A DNA stretch of 64,000 nt, taken from assembly GCA_977862235.1 (NCBI GenBank), contig OZ374558.1, positions 3,162,001 through 3,226,000 of the forward strand, in the 5' to 3' direction. Under the pieces are notes generated by a model. It was not told where the DNA came from and did no database searches. It saw nothing but the letters and a program-made list of their open reading frames with translations. Positions 60,919 through 64,000 of the stretch are shown one piece after another; positions within the stretch are counted from its first letter, which is position 1; each line of letters opens with the position of its first letter. A program made the translations under genes and the position numbers. Source of the DNA: Dudresnaya verticillata (taxonomy: Eukaryota).

Positions 60919-61919
60919 ATTGTCTACTAATTGGACTATCCAACTTGTATCCTTGATGGATACTTCTTTAGAGTTATTGAACTACATGCGTGCAATATCA
61001 GATCAATAAAGTATTGCGAACATATCAGAATTCCCCTAATACTGCAGTAATGCCAATAGTCTTCTAGACTTTCTGAACTACTACTATTAATATCTCAAGC
61101 TGCGAAGTATCAAGTTTATAAGAACCTTCAATAGTTCATTAACTCTTGGCCTGAGTCAAGACAACTCGAACAACTAGTATACGACATTCAACTATACTTT
61201 ATCATTGATCTACTTTTCTATCTTGTGTATTCATATCTTCCGTCCTCTTGCTGTGTTTCTCTCTTCTTTATCAAGGGACTTACCCGGTTCTGCAAGGAAT
61301 TTTCCAGATGGAGGTAGCTTTCAATTTTTAGTGAATGCTCAACGTACTTTATAGACAGGGTGGGACCTTAACAATATCTCGTTGAGGTCTGGGAAACACT
61401 ACAGCTACTCTAACTTGCGCACTACTTTCCATGAACAGTAATATCTCCTCACGTCTTATGTCATGGCGTTCCCTCGTGTTCGAAATAGGCTCTTTCCGTT
61501 TAGGACATTACTCAACCACTGCCCCTAAAGTCTAAATCCAGGACGTGATATAGGTCGCCGCTGTCGGTATTTACAAGCCTAGAAGGGTGGTCATGCAGTA
61601 ACGATATGATGCAGAATAGTCGGTTGCTGCACCACCATTGTTGATCTTAAGGTCTGGAAGTACGTCGGATCGGATCAGCGGAGGCCACTTTCTTCGAAGA
61701 CAGTCAGAGCACAGGAGCTCAAGACGAAACTTTTCTTGCTTTCCCACACATACACAGCCGCTCTCCGAAGATCTCAAGAAGCTGCTCCTCATAATATCTC
61801 AACGAAATGAACTTCCGCATTTGTAGAAAGGTACTATCTATATTGACAGCGTATACTTCAACTTGCTTCCTTACAGCGAGGTCACAGCACGCACCACCTT
61901 TTTTTAGCAGCGCTCGATT

Positions 61920-62798
61920 CTAAGAATTGTTTCTTGCTTTACACACGTTGTTCAGGAGTCTAATCCAAAAAAGATTCAAGTGAGGAGAAACATTGCTATA
62001 TATCGGAAGCATTTTCGACTCCTCATTAATTGTAACGACAGCGAGTGAGCTAAACGCTGAACTGGAGATCGGAGGATCTGCTTCAGGACAGTCCCTTTCA
62101 ACCACATAATTGGCTTGGCAGAGTTGTGCAATGATACGACAGCGACTCATCCACATTTGTTTGAAGAATGAGTTTCCTAGGTACACGATACCTTCGTACT
62201 GGAAGAGACTGCATTCTTCAATTACATCATTGTTCAGAAAAAAAGGGCAGTGTGGCATGAACAAAACCTTACAGGAACCCGGCGGTGGGGGATCAATCGG
62301 ATTTTGTCCCGCCGGCACAACTTGAAAACCAAGGTGCTTTGCGAAGTTGATTTCATCTCTTGTGAGCAGCGGATCTGTAATCTTGCAGTCGGTACCGTAC
62401 CCAAGCTCATCTTTTATAATTAGTGCGCATGCCAGCTGATACATTGGATTCTCCAGAGCTTGAAACGACCCGATGCCGATTACTTGCAATGAAAAAGGCT
62501 TTCGTCCTGCTCTGGCCTCCTCCAGATCGTGTTTGACGACGCTCCACCATTTGCTTCTGCGGAGCTGTTCTTTAAACAGCGATACTTTGTTCAGCATCTG
62601 CCTGTGACATCTCCAAGCGCGATATCGCTTCCGTAAATTGCCAAATACGCTCGTCAATGCTGACCAAAAGCCTAGAACTTCCTTACGCAACCGGAAGAAG
62701 ATGTGCACATCATCGGAGCTGGGATCCACAAATCCAAACGAGTTGCTCGGAGGAGCTTCTTCTCCTTTTCCGTGCATGCAATCGCTACCGTTCTTCAT
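61920..62798 (-). CDS. SRR1: SRR1-domain protein, copy 4
   Basis: Identical 292-aa translation. Confidence 0.8.
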   Translation of the reverse strand: MKNGSDCMHGKGEEAPPSNSFGFVDPSSDDVHIFFRLRKEVLGFWSALTSVFGNLRKRYRAWRCHRQMLNKVSLFKEQLRRSKWWSVVKHDLEEARAGRKPFSLQVIGIGSFQALENPMYQLACALIIKDELGYGTDCKITDPLLTRDEINFAKHLGFQVVPAGQNPIDPPPPGSCKVLFMPHCPFFLNNDVIEECSLFQYEGIVYLGNSFFKQMWMSRCRIIAQLCQANYVVERDCPEADPPISSSAFSSLAVVTINEESKMLPIYSNVSPHLNLFWIRLLNNVCKARNNS

Positions 62799-64000
62799 TT
62801 GACTTGGGTTTGCGTTGCGCCTTTTTGGGATCCTTGCTTCGGAGTACTAGTATTGACAGTCGCCCCTCCAACTCGCAGACTGTAAGGGGTGCGAAGATGC
62901 CGGTTGAGTATGCTTTTCAACGCTCGTCGAGTAGATTTGATTTGTGCTTGAACAGGGGTGCTAGAGTGAGAAGCCTTGAGTAATAGCGTGCGTTGAGGTG
63001 AAGATGCAAGGAGTCGGGGCTTAGTGCGAATGTGTTGCTTTTATATCTTCAATGGTCGGCCAGGTGGGTTGTTTTGTTAGGAACAGGCTGCCTACAATCT
63101 TCCTACAATCTCCAACATTTATCACGTTTTTGAAGCGGCATTTTTACGATGTGTTACTATGTTGCGGTAGCGTGAATCGCCGCAACTTATCCCATCCACT
63201 TGCTAATTGTCCCGGTGGATAGACTGCTTCACACGGTCGATCCATCGATTGAAGTAAAGGTCTTGTTATTTCGACCCAACCGTCTAACGGGCCCCGGTCT
63301 CCCGGGTAGGACCACTCTAAATGAATTGTATTCATTTCGATGATCCATTTCATTTCATTGTATCATTTCAAGGCGCGAAGAAGAGGTTTTAGTTTCGAGC
63401 GATTGGAGAAGGTGCAACGTGGATTGGACCACTGGTCCTGAAAGAGGATTTTTCTGACGACCAAATTCTCGTCGGGAACCGGCTCACCACCCCGCCCTCT
63501 AGAAGGCGTCTGGTCCGCTTCGTTGGGACGAAACCTTCAAGACCAGAATGCCCTCGTTTACATACTCCCGTCTTGGTGCGGTACGGTTGAGCTTTTGTAT
63601 ACACTTGTCGACAACCCTGTGACGAGCAAAAATGCCGCAACCTCGAAGACACAAGCTTCCGTTCGCAGAAAGCCTTCCGAAGAAGCACATGGACCCCTGC
63701 ACCCGTCGCTAGGCTTCTCGGCGTTTTCCCGCCCTCCCGTCTCCGTGAGAACAGGGCGTTCTCTACACTTCTCCAATGTTCTATTGAATCGTATTTCGCG
63801 ATTTAGTTCTTTATCTACGGTAGTCACCTTTTCCAGTGGTTGGGAATCCGCTCAAAAATAGCCGTGATTGTGCATATGCATCTCCATGGTACATGCGGAC
63901 CGTCTCAATTCTCATCCTCTGAACGAGGCTGGGTACTTGCCAAACCTTCGTTTATGACGAGTTCTCTTTAAATACGCTAGTGCATTTGTGCACTGTTCTG

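Larger units (their letters stand above)
45134..64000. repeat. Tandem amplicon, period 6498/6500 bp, about 2.9 units, continuing past the window edge
   Basis: ORF offsets 47465->53963->60463, 48922->55420->61920 and 51272->57770. Confidence 0.95.

Noticed and set aside
1..64000. CRISPR arrays, rRNA genes or a dedicated site-specific invertase
   Set aside because: No short repeat-spacer array, rRNA-like sequence or recombinase ORF seen. The inversion is explicable by homologous recombination.

Overview
Eukaryotic, intron-poor DNA with TATA-led single-exon genes scattered among decayed repeats. The gene style resembles a multicellular red alga, but that is inference. The dominant feature is a family of small, secreted, basic, cysteine-rich proteins that I do not recognise. 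It has three diverged members (14.8, 17.8 and 30 kb), eight near-identical 119-aa copies and one 3' remnant (36.5-61 kb). The 119-aa copies alternate in orientation as head-to-head pairs around a ~2.15-kb spacer. From 42.4 kb to the window end they form a very young ~6.5-kb amplicon that also carries four identical SRR1-like genes. The spacer occurs in both orientations (flipped in the third unit), and one copy keeps a diverged promoter with a mutated TATA box. This points to inversion and gene conversion between inverted gene copies. Other content: a matrixin-like metzincin, a secreted YfaP/DUF2135-like protein, two unknown ORFs, a frameshifted tyrosinase pseudogene, a ~336-bp insertion element with both filled and empty sites, and a ~180-bp LTR-like repeat carrying tRNA-type A/B boxes.
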